A stretch of 63,051 bases of DNA from Candidatus Hodarchaeota archaeon (GCA_016840035.1 JAEOTC010000065.1:1-63051), one strand, 5' to 3'. Positions 39,805 to 50,576 are shown, counted from the stretch's first letter. The notes: generated by a model from the letters alone, not told the origin. Made by a program: numbers and translations.

Positions 39805-40024
39805 TAGGAATTGATCTTATTCTTTGAAACAGATATTGTAGGGGATCAGAAGTCTTATAAATGTTGCCACCCACAGTGAATACAGAAATAAGTTCAAATA
39901 AAAGAGAACAAAGCTCAAGAAAATTAGAGGAAACTCATTTAGATCAAAATATTTAAGCTAAAACTATTCCGAAATTCAATAAAATAGATAATTTTTCCTC
40001 ATATAAAATGAACAGGTGTAACGA

Positions 40025-40765
40025 TTGACTTATGATGTAGAATTAAAAGGGTTAAGTAAGAAATTTGGTCCAGTGACAGCTGTAGATAATATAGATTTAG
40101 AAATTAAACAAGGAGAAATTTTTTGTTTAGTCGGACCTAACGCGGCCGGTAAAACCACAACGATAAAATTAATTCTCGGTATTCTTAAACCTGAGAAAGG
40201 TGAATCTAGTATTCGGGTGAGAGGTTTTAATATTCCACAAGAAAAAAAGAAACTTAGGAGAATTATTGGCTATCTTCCACAAAGAAAAGCACTCTATGAT
40301 ATGCTTACTGCCCGTGAGAATATCGAATTCTTTGCTAAAGCCAAAGGATTATCAAATGAAGAAGCAAAAAATAATACAAAAGATCTAATTAAAAGGTTAT
40401 CCCTTACAGATCATCAAAATAAGCTAGCAGTACATTTATCTGGCGGAACGCAACAACGAACTGCTTTAGCATCTGCTATGGTAAGTAAACCCCAAATAGT
40501 CTTTTTAGATGAACCTACTGTTGGTTTAGACCCTGTATTAAGAAGGGAATTTTGGGAATACTTTAAAAAGATCGCTCAGTCCCAAAATACTACTATTTGT
40601 GTGACAACTCACTATTTAAATGAAGCAGAATGGGCTGATCGAGTAGGAGTTATGAGAGATGGGAAAATTATTGCTATAGAGACACCCCAGAACCTCATGG
40701 AACAAACAAACCAGAGAAATATGGAAAATATGTTCTTTGAATTACTAAAGGGGGAAATATCATGA
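40025..40765 (+). CDS. ABC transporter ATP-binding protein (ABC-2 exporter)
   Basis: GPNAAGKTT, LSGG, FLDEPT, TTH. Confidence 0.93.
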   Translation: MTYDVELKGLSKKFGPVTAVDNIDLEIKQGEIFCLVGPNAAGKTTTIKLILGILKPEKGESSIRVRGFNIPQEKKKLRRIIGYLPQRKALYDMLTARENIEFFAKAKGLSNEEAKNNTKDLIKRLSLTDHQNKLAVHLSGGTQQRTALASAMVSKPQIVFLDEPTVGLDPVLRREFWEYFKKIAQSQNTTICVTTHYLNEAEWADRVGVMRDGKIIAIETPQNLMEQTNQRNMENMFFELLKGEIS

Positions 40766-41934
40766 GACTAACATTTCTTATTATGAGGAGACTTTTTCGT
40801 ACTTTAGTACGAGAACGTAGAACGATTGGTCTCGTTTTAGTCGCCCCAGTTCTTTTCATGGTTATGTACGGAATAGCATTTGGAGGAGCAATTGAACATG
40901 TACCTATCGCAATTGTCAACTTGGATAGTGATGCTGAAGTGGTAATAACTCAAACTATCACTGTAGGAATATTTGAAGTAAATATTACGGTGTTTAACGA
41001 AACCGTTTTAGCACTAGGTGATGCAATTACAGATACACTTCATGTGGATGACACGAGTGTAGATGTAACTATGTATACTGATTTTGAGGAAGCAAAGAGA
41101 TCTGTTGAAAATAAAGAATATACTTGTGCTCTCCTTATCCCTGAGAATTTTACGTATAATTTAGTCAGTCCACGGGGAGAAAACATCTCGTTAGAAATAT
41201 ATATTGATAATTCGATCCCCCAAGTAGGAGGAGTTGTCCTCCAGGCAATTCAAGAGTCTTTTCAGGAAGCTACTAGTGATTTTAGGGGCAATCTTGGGTT
41301 TAATATTAATTACGCTTACGGAGAGAATATTTCAACGATAGACTTCTTCACCCCAGGGATGATTGTATTTGGAGTATTCTTTTTCTCGTTCATTCTTGTG
41401 ATTATGACATTAATCGAGGAAAGGAGATCTGGAACGTTATCATTACTTCTACAATGTCCTTATGATAAAATTGAAATTATTCTAGGATATTTGGGTGCAT
41501 TTGCAGTGGTTAGTGCTGTCCAAACAACTTTAATTATAATTGTTGCAGGAGTTGTATTCCAAGTCACACTCGGAGCTACGATTGCAAATTATATTTCATT
41601 GTATATTGTAGCAATTATTTCTGGATGGACTGGGTTAGTACTTGCTATTTTTCTTTCAGCTTTTGCTAGATCCGAATTTCAGGCTGTACAATTCATACCA
41701 ATATCTATAATACCAATCTTGTTACTTTCGGGTATCGTTATCCCCCTTAACCAGATTCCTGAGATTATAAGGTGGATGAGCTACTTAATGCCTACTTCTC
41801 ATGCAGTGGATTTATTGAGGAAAATCTCAATAGAAGGATATATCCTTGAACCTTCAAATTTCGGCTTTTTATTTCAAATTGGGTTCTTAATTCTTCTTGT
41901 CGTTGCAAGCAGGTTAACTTTGAAGGAAAGTTGA
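40762..41934 (+). CDS. ABC-2 type permease
   Basis: Overlaps the ATPase stop (ATGA); EERRSGTL, LLSG...P; TM-ectodomain-5TM layout. Confidence 0.9.
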   Translation: MRLTFLIMRRLFRTLVRERRTIGLVLVAPVLFMVMYGIAFGGAIEHVPIAIVNLDSDAEVVITQTITVGIFEVNITVFNETVLALGDAITDTLHVDDTSVDVTMYTDFEEAKRSVENKEYTCALLIPENFTYNLVSPRGENISLEIYIDNSIPQVGGVVLQAIQESFQEATSDFRGNLGFNINYAYGENISTIDFFTPGMIVFGVFFFSFILVIMTLIEERRSGTLSLLLQCPYDKIEIILGYLGAFAVVSAVQTTLIIIVAGVVFQVTLGATIANYISLYIVAIISGWTGLVLAIFLSAFARSEFQAVQFIPISIIPILLLSGIVIPLNQIPEIIRWMSYLMPTSHAVDLLRKISIEGYILEPSNFGFLFQIGFLILLVVASRLTLKES

Positions 41935-41976
41935 AATTATATCATATTATTGAATATTACATAGAGAAATAAAAGT

Positions 41977-42666
41977 TCAAATTTGTGAAAGGATCGTAAT
42001 AAGATCCTTTCCAACAGAGGGGATTATCGACATTGGTTCATATCCCACCTCATCTGTTGGGAAATAATCTCCAAAAACTCCTGTCCGTACTAATATGACT
42101 TTTATTCCTGCATTACGTGCTGCAAGTAAGTCGACTAAAGTATCTCCAACAAAAATCACTTCATCTTTCCGAACCCCTAATTGCTTACAGGCAAATAATA
42201 ATGGGATAGGAGATGGTTTGGAAATACCAAGACTCTTTGACTCTACTAAGATATCAAAAAAATGGAGATGTGCATTAAATCGTTTTTTCAGTAATCTGGG
42301 CGAACCATTGGACACAATCCCGAGGAAATAACCTTCAGACTTTAAATCTGCTAAGGTTTTGACGACTTCAGGAAAGACATGTGGTGATTGATCCCATTTA
42401 AAAAATAACCACGTGGCCCGCATCATCCCCTTAAACAATCTTATCCAGGAAAGTTTGAAATCTGCTTTAATTGTAAGAAATAGTTCCGGTTTAAACCAAC
42501 CGTGTTTTTTGCCTGAATTGTATATGATACCCAACCGATGAAGGTACTTTCGTATATCCTTAGGAGAGGGATTAATCATAAATTCTTGAGCGATAAATTG
42601 AGGGAAAACGCGAAGAGTATCTACTAAAGTTCCGTCTAAATCAAATAGTACTGCTTTCGTTTTCAT
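41977..42666 (-). CDS. HAD-family phosphatase
   Basis: FDLDGTL, VSNG, KPSP, VGDTLVD. Confidence 0.9.
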   Translation of the reverse strand: MKTKAVLFDLDGTLVDTLRVFPQFIAQEFMINPSPKDIRKYLHRLGIIYNSGKKHGWFKPELFLTIKADFKLSWIRLFKGMMRATWLFFKWDQSPHVFPEVVKTLADLKSEGYFLGIVSNGSPRLLKKRFNAHLHFFDILVESKSLGISKPSPIPLLFACKQLGVRKDEVIFVGDTLVDLLAARNAGIKVILVRTGVFGDYFPTDEVGYEPMSIIPSVGKDLITILSQI

Positions 42667-42742
42667 AGCGAATTCTCTCAGTCAAGAAGCGAGGGGAAGC
42701 ATTCTTTAGATTTCTGTGTTTAAAAGTCAAAATGTTCCTTAG

Positions 42743-43687
42743 GTGATTAAAGTATCTGTACTCGGTTTAAAAAATCCTTTGATTTTATCACCTCTCGCAG
42801 AAATAACTATCCCTCCTTTTCGTAGGATTTGTGCGGAATTTGGGGCATTAACGATAAGTGAGATGACTTACGCAAAAGGTTTATTGTACAATGATCCAAA
42901 ATCCATTAGGAGGATCTCTCGATCCGAAAGCGAGAAAAAATTTGGTATCCAATTATTAACTAATTGTCCAAGCGATCTAGGAGAAGCAGTTGAGCTTATT
43001 GAAAAGAATAACTGGTCTGATTTTATAGAATTAAATCTAGGTTGTCCCAAACCTAAAATTACAAATGCAGATCTAGGAGCAAAGCTTTTAATCCCGAAGA
43101 ATAGAAAAAGACTGACTGAATTACTGGAAATTGGTGCTTCAACATCCAAATTACCTTTTTCAATTAAGATTCGTCTAGGATATGAAAAACTATCATTGTT
43201 TGAGGTTATTGATCTCGCTGAAACAGCCGATATAGCATTTATAACTCTCCACGCTCGTTTAGCAACTGAAAATTACCTAAATCCGGCGAAATGGGAATAT
43301 TGGAGGAAAGCTGTTGAGAATACTTCTCTACCAATAATTGCAAACGGTGACATTAAATCATATAACCAAGCAACTGAAGTAATTTCTGAATATGGTGTAA
43401 AAGGTGCTGCAATCGGTAGGTTCGCACGAGGTAATCCCCAAATATTCCAAAAAGAGAGTAAAATACCATCACTCGAGATCTATGACAAATTAATTTCTTA
43501 TATGAGGAATTCCCCCTATTTTAATCTCTTTAATCTTAGAGTACAATCTGCAGACTTCTTAAAACATTTTAGATATGCTGCAGGAGCTAGAAAACAGATT
43601 CTCTCAATGTCTAATAGAGAAGAGATAATCGAACATACTCGAAAAAAGCTAGCAGGATTCCAGGAAGAAAAGAATAAAAAAATATAA
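42743..43687 (+). CDS. dus: tRNA-dihydrouridine synthase
   Basis: NLGCP, KIRLG, LHAR, IANGDI, IGR.A.GNP. Confidence 0.88.
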   Translation: MIKVSVLGLKNPLILSPLAEITIPPFRRICAEFGALTISEMTYAKGLLYNDPKSIRRISRSESEKKFGIQLLTNCPSDLGEAVELIEKNNWSDFIELNLGCPKPKITNADLGAKLLIPKNRKRLTELLEIGASTSKLPFSIKIRLGYEKLSLFEVIDLAETADIAFITLHARLATENYLNPAKWEYWRKAVENTSLPIIANGDIKSYNQATEVISEYGVKGAAIGRFARGNPQIFQKESKIPSLEIYDKLISYMRNSPYFNLFNLRVQSADFLKHFRYAAGARKQILSMSNREEIIEHTRKKLAGFQEEKNKKI

Positions 43688-43780
43688 ATTTCAAAGGAGA
43701 ATTGAATCTATCCAAAATTAAACCCTTATTTACCGAATTGTTCTTAGAAAATCTATTGATTTAGTTTAAAGCTGATTTTT

Positions 43781-44959
43781 ATGCCTATTAATCTTAATCA
43801 CGAAGCACAGGTTGAATGGGACAAATATCTAGAAGCTTCGTCAATAGAAGAACAAATAGTGCACTTAGAACGATTCGTTGGCGTTGTTGTCAAACATAAG
43901 GGTGTCGAAAATCATCTGAGAATGGCTAAACAGAAACTTAAAAGGTTAAAAGCCACTCAGGAAAAGATGCGTCAAGCGAAGAAAGGATCCGGAGAAAGAT
44001 GGCTTGTACCTAAGGGTGAGGACGCCCAAATTGCGATTATTGGGATTGTGAACTCGGGGAAGTCCTCAGTACTAAATGTATTAGCTGGTTCGGATTCCGC
44101 TGCAAAGGTTGGTGCCTATCCATTTACAACAGTTAAACCAGAAGTAGGTTCAACAACTGCTAGAGGTGCGAGATTACAACTTGTAGAGCTTCCTGCGGTA
44201 GTGGAAGGAAGTGTTCGTGGAGAAATGTCAGGAAAATTAGTTCTTGCAGGGATTCGTAACTCAGATTGTGTAATCTTAGCTATCGACTTATCTCAAAATC
44301 CAATTGAGCAGCTTGAGCTTGTATTGAAAGAACTATCCATAGGAAAAATACGATTAAACACCAATAGGCCTCCCGTAACGATTGAAAAAGTAGGATCAGG
44401 AAATATCCAAATATTCAATTCTCATCATTATGAAGGGAAAGGAAATGACGAGATTATAGAAATTATGAGAACTAAAGGTTACATGAATGTTATTGTAAGA
44501 TTTCATGGATCTACGACCATCGATCAATTCTTTGATGCCTTAGATTATACAATCAGTTATTTACCTGCAATTATTTTCGGAACGAAGGGAGACTTGCAAG
44601 GTTCAAAATCGAATTACTCAATCTTAGCAAACTATATTTCGGAAAACCAGCTACCATTCAAACTAATTCCTGTTTCTTCGACTAACAAAGAGGGGTTTGA
44701 TGATATAGAAGAGGATATTTTCGAAAAGCTTGGAAAAATACGAATTTATACACGGAATAATGTGGGTGACATTGCAGAACGACCGATAATACTTGACCAA
44801 GGAAGTACCATTGAAAATGCAATCGAAGTCCTATCAAAAAAGATGTTACGATTCTTTCGTTTTGCCCGAATATGGGGTAAATCGGCAAAATTTGACGGAG
44901 AGAAAGTTGGTTTGGATCGAACATTACAAGATGGAGATGTGATTCAAGTATTTGCATAA
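43781..44959 (+). CDS. OBG-family DRG-like GTPase with TGS domain
   Basis: GIVNSGKSS, YPFTT, TKGD, and TGS RIWGKSAKF..LQDGDVIQ. Confidence 0.9.
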   Translation: MPINLNHEAQVEWDKYLEASSIEEQIVHLERFVGVVVKHKGVENHLRMAKQKLKRLKATQEKMRQAKKGSGERWLVPKGEDAQIAIIGIVNSGKSSVLNVLAGSDSAAKVGAYPFTTVKPEVGSTTARGARLQLVELPAVVEGSVRGEMSGKLVLAGIRNSDCVILAIDLSQNPIEQLELVLKELSIGKIRLNTNRPPVTIEKVGSGNIQIFNSHHYEGKGNDEIIEIMRTKGYMNVIVRFHGSTTIDQFFDALDYTISYLPAIIFGTKGDLQGSKSNYSILANYISENQLPFKLIPVSSTNKEGFDDIEEDIFEKLGKIRIYTRNNVGDIAERPIILDQGSTIENAIEVLSKKMLRFFRFARIWGKSAKFDGEKVGLDRTLQDGDVIQVFA

Positions 44960-45039
44960 ATACTTAGTTTCTCAACAGTTCTGTTATGATAATCTGGTAT
45001 CAGAATATTAAAAAGTTATTAACTGTGAAGTGGCATCAG

Positions 45040-45056
45040 TTGCGAAAATTTCGCAA
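45040..45056. promoter_or_regulatory. Palindromic candidate operator upstream of the Ca2+-ATPase
   Basis: TTGCGAAA-a-TTTCGCAA: perfect 8-bp arms. Confidence 0.45.
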
Positions 45057-45186
45057 ATATATGAAATGCCCTTCATAAACAAAAAATAACTCTAACATTT
45101 TTTACCCACAGGTAAAAAGGGTAAGATGTTGAATATACTCATAATTATGAGGTTAAGAAGAATAAAGTTTACTTTCAGGGATTTTA

Positions 45187-47937
45187 ATGTTGGATAACTG
45201 GCATTCTGTTGATACTCGTACTCTAATGACTGAATTAGGAGTAAAAGATGACTTAGGTCTAACATCGAATGAAGCAAATCAGCGTCTAAACAAATATGGT
45301 CTTAATGAACTGCAAAAAAGTGACACAAAATCTCCAATCACCCTATTTTTTGAACAATTTGTAGATCCGCTGGTTATAATCCTACTCGTTGCTCTGTTAA
45401 TTTCAGTAGTAATTGGCATATTTTCTACTGATGAACATGAAAGAATTGAATACTTCATTGATTCAGCTGCAATATCAGTAATCGTGCTGTTCAACGCTTT
45501 TTTTGGGTTTATACAAGAATATAGGGCTGAAAAATCGATTGAAGCTTTAAAATCAATGGCTGCTCCTTATACAACGGTCGTACGAGATGGGAAGAAAGGC
45601 CGTATTGAAGCATATCAATTAGTTCCTGGAGACATTGTATTTTTGGAAGAAGGGGACAAAGTTCCAGCTGATGGGAGATTACTACAATCCCTTTCATTAC
45701 GAATCGATGAAAGCATGCTGACTGGTGAATCATTTCCTGTAGCAAAAAGTGCGAACACCCAAGTTCCAATTGACGCACCAGTTGCTGAAATGTATAACTC
45801 GGTTTTTAGTGGAACGAACGTTTCCAGAGGGCGAGGGCAGATAATTATTACCCAAACTGGAATGAGCACCGAATTTGGAAGGATTGCTCAAGGATTGATG
45901 GAGGAATCTAGGGAAGAAACCCCGTTACAGCAACGATTATCGACTTTAGGGAAATATATTGGTATCGGAAGTCTTGCAATTTGCGCAGTCATATTCGGTA
46001 TTGGAATAATTCTCGGTAGACAAGCTCTCGAGATGTTTATTGTTTCTGTTGGTCTTGCGGTTGCTGCGGTGCCTGAAGGACTACCAGCAGTTGTGACGTT
46101 GGCATTGGCATTAGGTGTGCAGAGAATGAGCAAAAAAAATGCAATCATCCGCCGACTACCTTCAGTAGAAACACTTGGGTCTACCACTGTAATATGCTCT
46201 GATAAGACAGGAACTCTAACAATGAATAAAATGACGGTTAGAAGAATACTTACCGTAGATGATGAATTCAAAGTTACAAAAGGATTAAAATTGAAAAATG
46301 CAATGAGAGATATTCTCCTAATAGGCAGAGAATGCAACAATGCCCAAGTCTCAGAGGATCCTTCTAGAGCTGATGTTGGGGATCCTACTGAACTCGCACT
46401 TTTACGAGTAGCTACACGCTTGAATCTTCCACAATCGACTCTAGAACGTGTATATGAAATTCCTTTTGATTCAGATTCAAAACGAATGAGTGTAGTTGTG
46501 AAGGATGATAATAATAAGTATTCCGCATTTATGAAAGGTGCTCCTGATGTTCTCATTAGTCTTTGTACGCATTATTTTACTAAAGGAGAAATAAAAGAGT
46601 TAGATAAGAATACACGGGAAATTTTAGAAGAGCAAGAGCAAAAATATGCAACCAAAGGTTACAGAATGCTTGGAATGGCATCAAAACAAATTGAAAAAGA
46701 ACAAGCTGAATTGCATATTTTTTCAGAAGATAATGAGGAAATAGAATCTGGAATGGTCTACATGGGAGCAGTTGCAATTATGGATCCTCCGCGTAAAGGC
46801 ACGAAGGAAGCAATTGCGACTTGTAGAGATGCAGGAATTAGACCAATAATGATTACTGGAGATCATCTTAAAACAGCGGTTGCTGTTGCTTCTGAAATTG
46901 GATTGATAGATAATCCTGAGGCAGCAATCGCACTAGAGGGACGCCAATTATCAAGAATGTCGGATCAAGAATTATCAGAACAAGTAAAAGAAACAAACGT
47001 TTTTGCTCGTGTTTCTCCAGAGCATAAGTTACGATTAGTCTCTGCATTAAAAGAAAATAATCAAATTGTTGCGATGACCGGGGATGGAGTTAATGATGCC
47101 CCTGCTTTGAAAAAAGCAGATATTGGTATTGCAATGGGAATTGCTGGTACGGATGTTTCCAAGGAAGCTTCAGATATGGTACTTGCTGATGATGACTTTT
47201 CTACCATTGTTGGGGCGATCTTGGAAGGAAGGACAATCTATGACAATATGCGGAAGTTTGTTCTTTACTTACTTTCTTGTAATGCTGGAGAAATTATGGT
47301 GATGCTATTAGGAATGATTTTAACATCTTTCTTGTTCCAACAACCAATACTACCCCTTCTAGCAATTCAGATTTTATGGGTAAATCTGGTTACAGATGGT
47401 TTACCCGCATTGGCTCTAGGTTTAGATCCCCCAGACGAAGATGTTATGGTGAGGAAACCCCGTGATCCTGATGAGCAAATTCTAACCCGGAAATCCATAT
47501 ATTTCATTATCTATTCAGGAATTATGATAGGTATTGGTACTCTATTCCTTTTCTTTGTGTATTTATTACCTGACATAATGAATGGTGTAACCCCTACTCC
47601 TGAAGATATTACTTATCCTAGAACTATCAGTTTTACGATGCTTATAATATTTCAAATGGTCATGGCACTCAATATTCGAAAGGAAGAACATTCATTACTC
47701 GGGAAAGAACTCATCAAAAATCCTCATTTATTACTCGCAATAGCAAGTTCAGTGCTTCTCCATCTCATGATCATCTACAATCCTATACTTCAAGGAATAT
47801 TCGATACAACTGACTTAGAAGTTTTTGATTGGCTTCTAATAGTCGTTATGGGGAGTATATTAGTTCTTATAGATGAAATTAGAACATTTCTTGCAAAGAA
47901 AGTACCTAGATTACGCTACCTAGCGGGTTATTGGTAA
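45187..47937 (+). CDS. P-type ATPase, P2A (SERCA-like Ca2+ pump)
   Basis: TGES, VAAVPEGL, DKTGTLT, KGAP, MITGD, GDGVND; TM5 SCNAGE and TM6 WVNLVTDG Ca2+ ligands. Confidence 0.93.
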   Translation: MLDNWHSVDTRTLMTELGVKDDLGLTSNEANQRLNKYGLNELQKSDTKSPITLFFEQFVDPLVIILLVALLISVVIGIFSTDEHERIEYFIDSAAISVIVLFNAFFGFIQEYRAEKSIEALKSMAAPYTTVVRDGKKGRIEAYQLVPGDIVFLEEGDKVPADGRLLQSLSLRIDESMLTGESFPVAKSANTQVPIDAPVAEMYNSVFSGTNVSRGRGQIIITQTGMSTEFGRIAQGLMEESREETPLQQRLSTLGKYIGIGSLAICAVIFGIGIILGRQALEMFIVSVGLAVAAVPEGLPAVVTLALALGVQRMSKKNAIIRRLPSVETLGSTTVICSDKTGTLTMNKMTVRRILTVDDEFKVTKGLKLKNAMRDILLIGRECNNAQVSEDPSRADVGDPTELALLRVATRLNLPQSTLERVYEIPFDSDSKRMSVVVKDDNNKYSAFMKGAPDVLISLCTHYFTKGEIKELDKNTREILEEQEQKYATKGYRMLGMASKQIEKEQAELHIFSEDNEEIESGMVYMGAVAIMDPPRKGTKEAIATCRDAGIRPIMITGDHLKTAVAVASEIGLIDNPEAAIALEGRQLSRMSDQELSEQVKETNVFARVSPEHKLRLVSALKENNQIVAMTGDGVNDAPALKKADIGIAMGIAGTDVSKEASDMVLADDDFSTIVGAILEGRTIYDNMRKFVLYLLSCNAGEIMVMLLGMILTSFLFQQPILPLLAIQILWVNLVTDGLPALALGLDPPDEDVMVRKPRDPDEQILTRKSIYFIIYSGIMIGIGTLFLFFVYLLPDIMNGVTPTPEDITYPRTISFTMLIIFQMVMALNIRKEEHSLLGKELIKNPHLLLAIASSVLLHLMIIYNPILQGIFDTTDLEVFDWLLIVVMGSILVLIDEIRTFLAKKVPRLRYLAGYW

Positions 47938-48052
47938 TAGAGGAAATCATTCGACTTAAATGCTTGAATCTATAGGCAAAGAATATTAATCAACCCCAAT
48001 AAATCGATTTGTTGATATTCATTCTGCTTAACTTCTCATAATGGTGGAATAA

Positions 48053-49534
48053 ATGGTTTCAATTAGAAGGATTCGAACTTATCGATTCTTTAATGCCACA
48101 ATCTTCTTTCTATTAACTCTACTTCAGATGATTATAGTATCATGGATTTCTATAAGTCAAGAACCGAATGAAGGGTCAGAATTTTCATTTGCAAAGATTC
48201 TTGGCTTCTATATTTCGATTAATCCATTTTCAGAATTGAGATTTACCGCGGTATTAGTAATTCTGACTGGAGGACTCCAAATTTTATTATTAGCTTTCTT
48301 AGTAAATGTTGTGTTTTCTAACAAGAACATGATACAAATCTACCCACTCCCTAAAGGTGGGATGGCCCATTTACCAGAAGAAGAGCAGCTAGTGAACAAA
48401 ACAATAAATATTGTGTCGAATGTAGCCACACAGGCGAAAATCAGAGTAAAAAAGATCTTTGTTTACCGAAAAAGTGTTCCTAATGCGTTTAGTTTGGATT
48501 TAATCCCTCTACCGTTATTGCGACGGCCTTATATTGTTTTGAATACAAATGTACTTGAGATTTTAAGTGATAAAGAAATTGAAGCCGTGGTAGCACACGA
48601 ACTCGCTCATGTTAAGCATGGGGATAGTTTATTCCGATTAATTTTGTCAATTCCGCGGTTATTCCTAAATCTTGCGTACCTCTTCATTTATCTTCAAGTA
48701 CTAACTGGAATTCAAAATGCTCTTTTTGAAACTTTTAATCTTATTGATGCAGTAGAAAGAACATTATTTTTAGGGTTAATTTATTTGGTAGTAGCTATTT
48801 TAACAAAGATAACATTGAGATTCCTTTATACAGCAAACAGGCAAGCGGAATTCCTGTCTGATTATTTTGCTGCTCAATTAGTCGGGTCGGGAATTCTGAT
48901 AAATTCCCTTATTCACTTAGGTCAAAGAAGTGAAACCATGCAAATCCTTTCTCATGAAATTGAGTGGTTAAATAGTTTAGCGGGTGAAAAAAAACCATCA
49001 GCAGACTTTATGCGTGGTATCAACTACCGATTTCCTCGTACTCAGTTGAATGAAGATGTAGCAAGAGAAATTGCTCCAAGGATTTTTCTAGAGGAAAAAA
49101 TACATCGTTTAATGACCGCTTATGGTCTATCCATTGATCAGACTTATAGAGATCAACTGATATCACAAGCTGTGCCTTCGTTACTAGAAAAACGATCTGA
49201 ATTCTTCAAATCTATGGATGAAACTAAAGAAATTTTAACTCCATCTAAGCTGAAAGAGCAAACGATTGATTGGCGTATTTTTGATTCAGACGAAAGCTAT
49301 TACTTAGAAGAAACAGAGTTGGACAATTTTATTATTACACTACTCTCCCATCCTCAAAAGATGGTTTTCGAGCATGAAATCTTGCAAACTCCAGAAAAAG
49401 ATAGTGATCATCCAAATTTTAGAACCAGAATTCTCCAAATCTATCAAATATTTCATCCTGATAATTACAATAAGATATTAAATCAGATTTTGAATCAAAC
49501 CACTGGAAATACTCTTACAAATACTTCAGAGTAG
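48053..49534 (+). CDS. M48 family membrane zinc metalloprotease with a large C-terminal insertion
   Basis: PNAFS, AHELAH, RQAEFLSD, distal DHP..RTRI. Confidence 0.85.
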   Translation: MVSIRRIRTYRFFNATIFFLLTLLQMIIVSWISISQEPNEGSEFSFAKILGFYISINPFSELRFTAVLVILTGGLQILLLAFLVNVVFSNKNMIQIYPLPKGGMAHLPEEEQLVNKTINIVSNVATQAKIRVKKIFVYRKSVPNAFSLDLIPLPLLRRPYIVLNTNVLEILSDKEIEAVVAHELAHVKHGDSLFRLILSIPRLFLNLAYLFIYLQVLTGIQNALFETFNLIDAVERTLFLGLIYLVVAILTKITLRFLYTANRQAEFLSDYFAAQLVGSGILINSLIHLGQRSETMQILSHEIEWLNSLAGEKKPSADFMRGINYRFPRTQLNEDVAREIAPRIFLEEKIHRLMTAYGLSIDQTYRDQLISQAVPSLLEKRSEFFKSMDETKEILTPSKLKEQTIDWRIFDSDESYYLEETELDNFIITLLSHPQKMVFEHEILQTPEKDSDHPNFRTRILQIYQIFHPDNYNKILNQILNQTTGNTLTNTSE

Positions 49535-49545
49535 TTATTTCCCGA

Positions 49546-50538
49546 TTATTCGTACAAAACTCTTTCTAACATTTGAAGAATCAATCTTTCATTATCAGGG
49601 AGAAGGAAAAGCCTTACGTTATTCATTCTACGTAAATAACCCAGTAAGGGTTTTGTTAACTGAAGTGTTTGACGTCTTGGGGTAATAATAATTCGGACAT
49701 CTTCAAAAGTCCTCAGAAGGGGTAAAAAATCCATTCCAGAAGTTGCTAATAAATCCGAAATTAGGATTACAGTCTTTTTCTTAGAAATAACTGTTGATAA
49801 TTCTTTTTGAGCATTCGTCAGGGCGGAATGGATATCTGTTTTCCCCCCTGAACTTAGCTGTATCAATTTTTTTACAATCTGACTTCTGGATATTGTTTTG
49901 TCATTAATATGTTTTATTGTCGTTGGTTCGGTATCAAAACTGATTATACCCATGTCCTGCTTTTCAAGGGCTAAACTAAATACTACTGCTGAAAGGATAA
50001 TAAATTTGAGATATTGTATCACCGAATGGCTTTTATCAATCAGAAGGAAAATTGATGACTTTCTCTCCTTTCTTTCCTCACAAATGACATGTGAATAATC
50101 AAAGTTACTCTGTCCTGAACTTAGGAAGTTCTCAATAGTTTTTTCGATATTCCATTTCTTTCCAGGTGTATACCTGGACCGTTGTGGATACTTGGATCGA
50201 TCAATACTATGGAAAAGAGACTCGGAGTGTTTTATTAAGCGAGGAATTAAGACTTGCATCATTTTTTTCTCAATAGATGGGTCTAAGTGATCCTTTATTT
50301 GAAAAATCAGGCTAGAAGATTCTAAAATAATACTGGAGTCAAAATTTTCTGTTTGTACAACATCAGCTACAGCGTGAGGATAGGATTCTGCTAGAATTTC
50401 CACAGCATGTAGATTTCGAGATTTAAGTGCCTCTTCTGTAAATTCCATTGTTTTTGAAGTGTCTAATTTTTGTTGAAGACGATATTCAAGAATCGTTTCA
50501 ATAAGACGATGATGATCTGTAGAAGAGGATAACATCAA
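49546..50538 (-). CDS. VWA domain protein (CoxE-like partner of MoxR)
   Basis: MIDAS DKSHS...GKTD...ISD. Confidence 0.85.
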   Translation of the reverse strand: MMLSSSTDHHRLIETILEYRLQQKLDTSKTMEFTEEALKSRNLHAVEILAESYPHAVADVVQTENFDSSIILESSSLIFQIKDHLDPSIEKKMMQVLIPRLIKHSESLFHSIDRSKYPQRSRYTPGKKWNIEKTIENFLSSGQSNFDYSHVICEERKERKSSIFLLIDKSHSVIQYLKFIILSAVVFSLALEKQDMGIISFDTEPTTIKHINDKTISRSQIVKKLIQLSSGGKTDIHSALTNAQKELSTVISKKKTVILISDLLATSGMDFLPLLRTFEDVRIIITPRRQTLQLTKPLLGYLRRMNNVRLFLLPDNERLILQMLERVLYE

Positions 50539-50576
50539 TTTGTGTTCTGAAATTGCGGGAACATTGTCCCGCCTTC

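Noticed and set aside
45888-46556. 222-aa antisense ORF within the P-type ATPase, and the many other short antisense ORFs in the track
   Set aside because: Fully nested opposite well-supported genes, with no motifs of their own.
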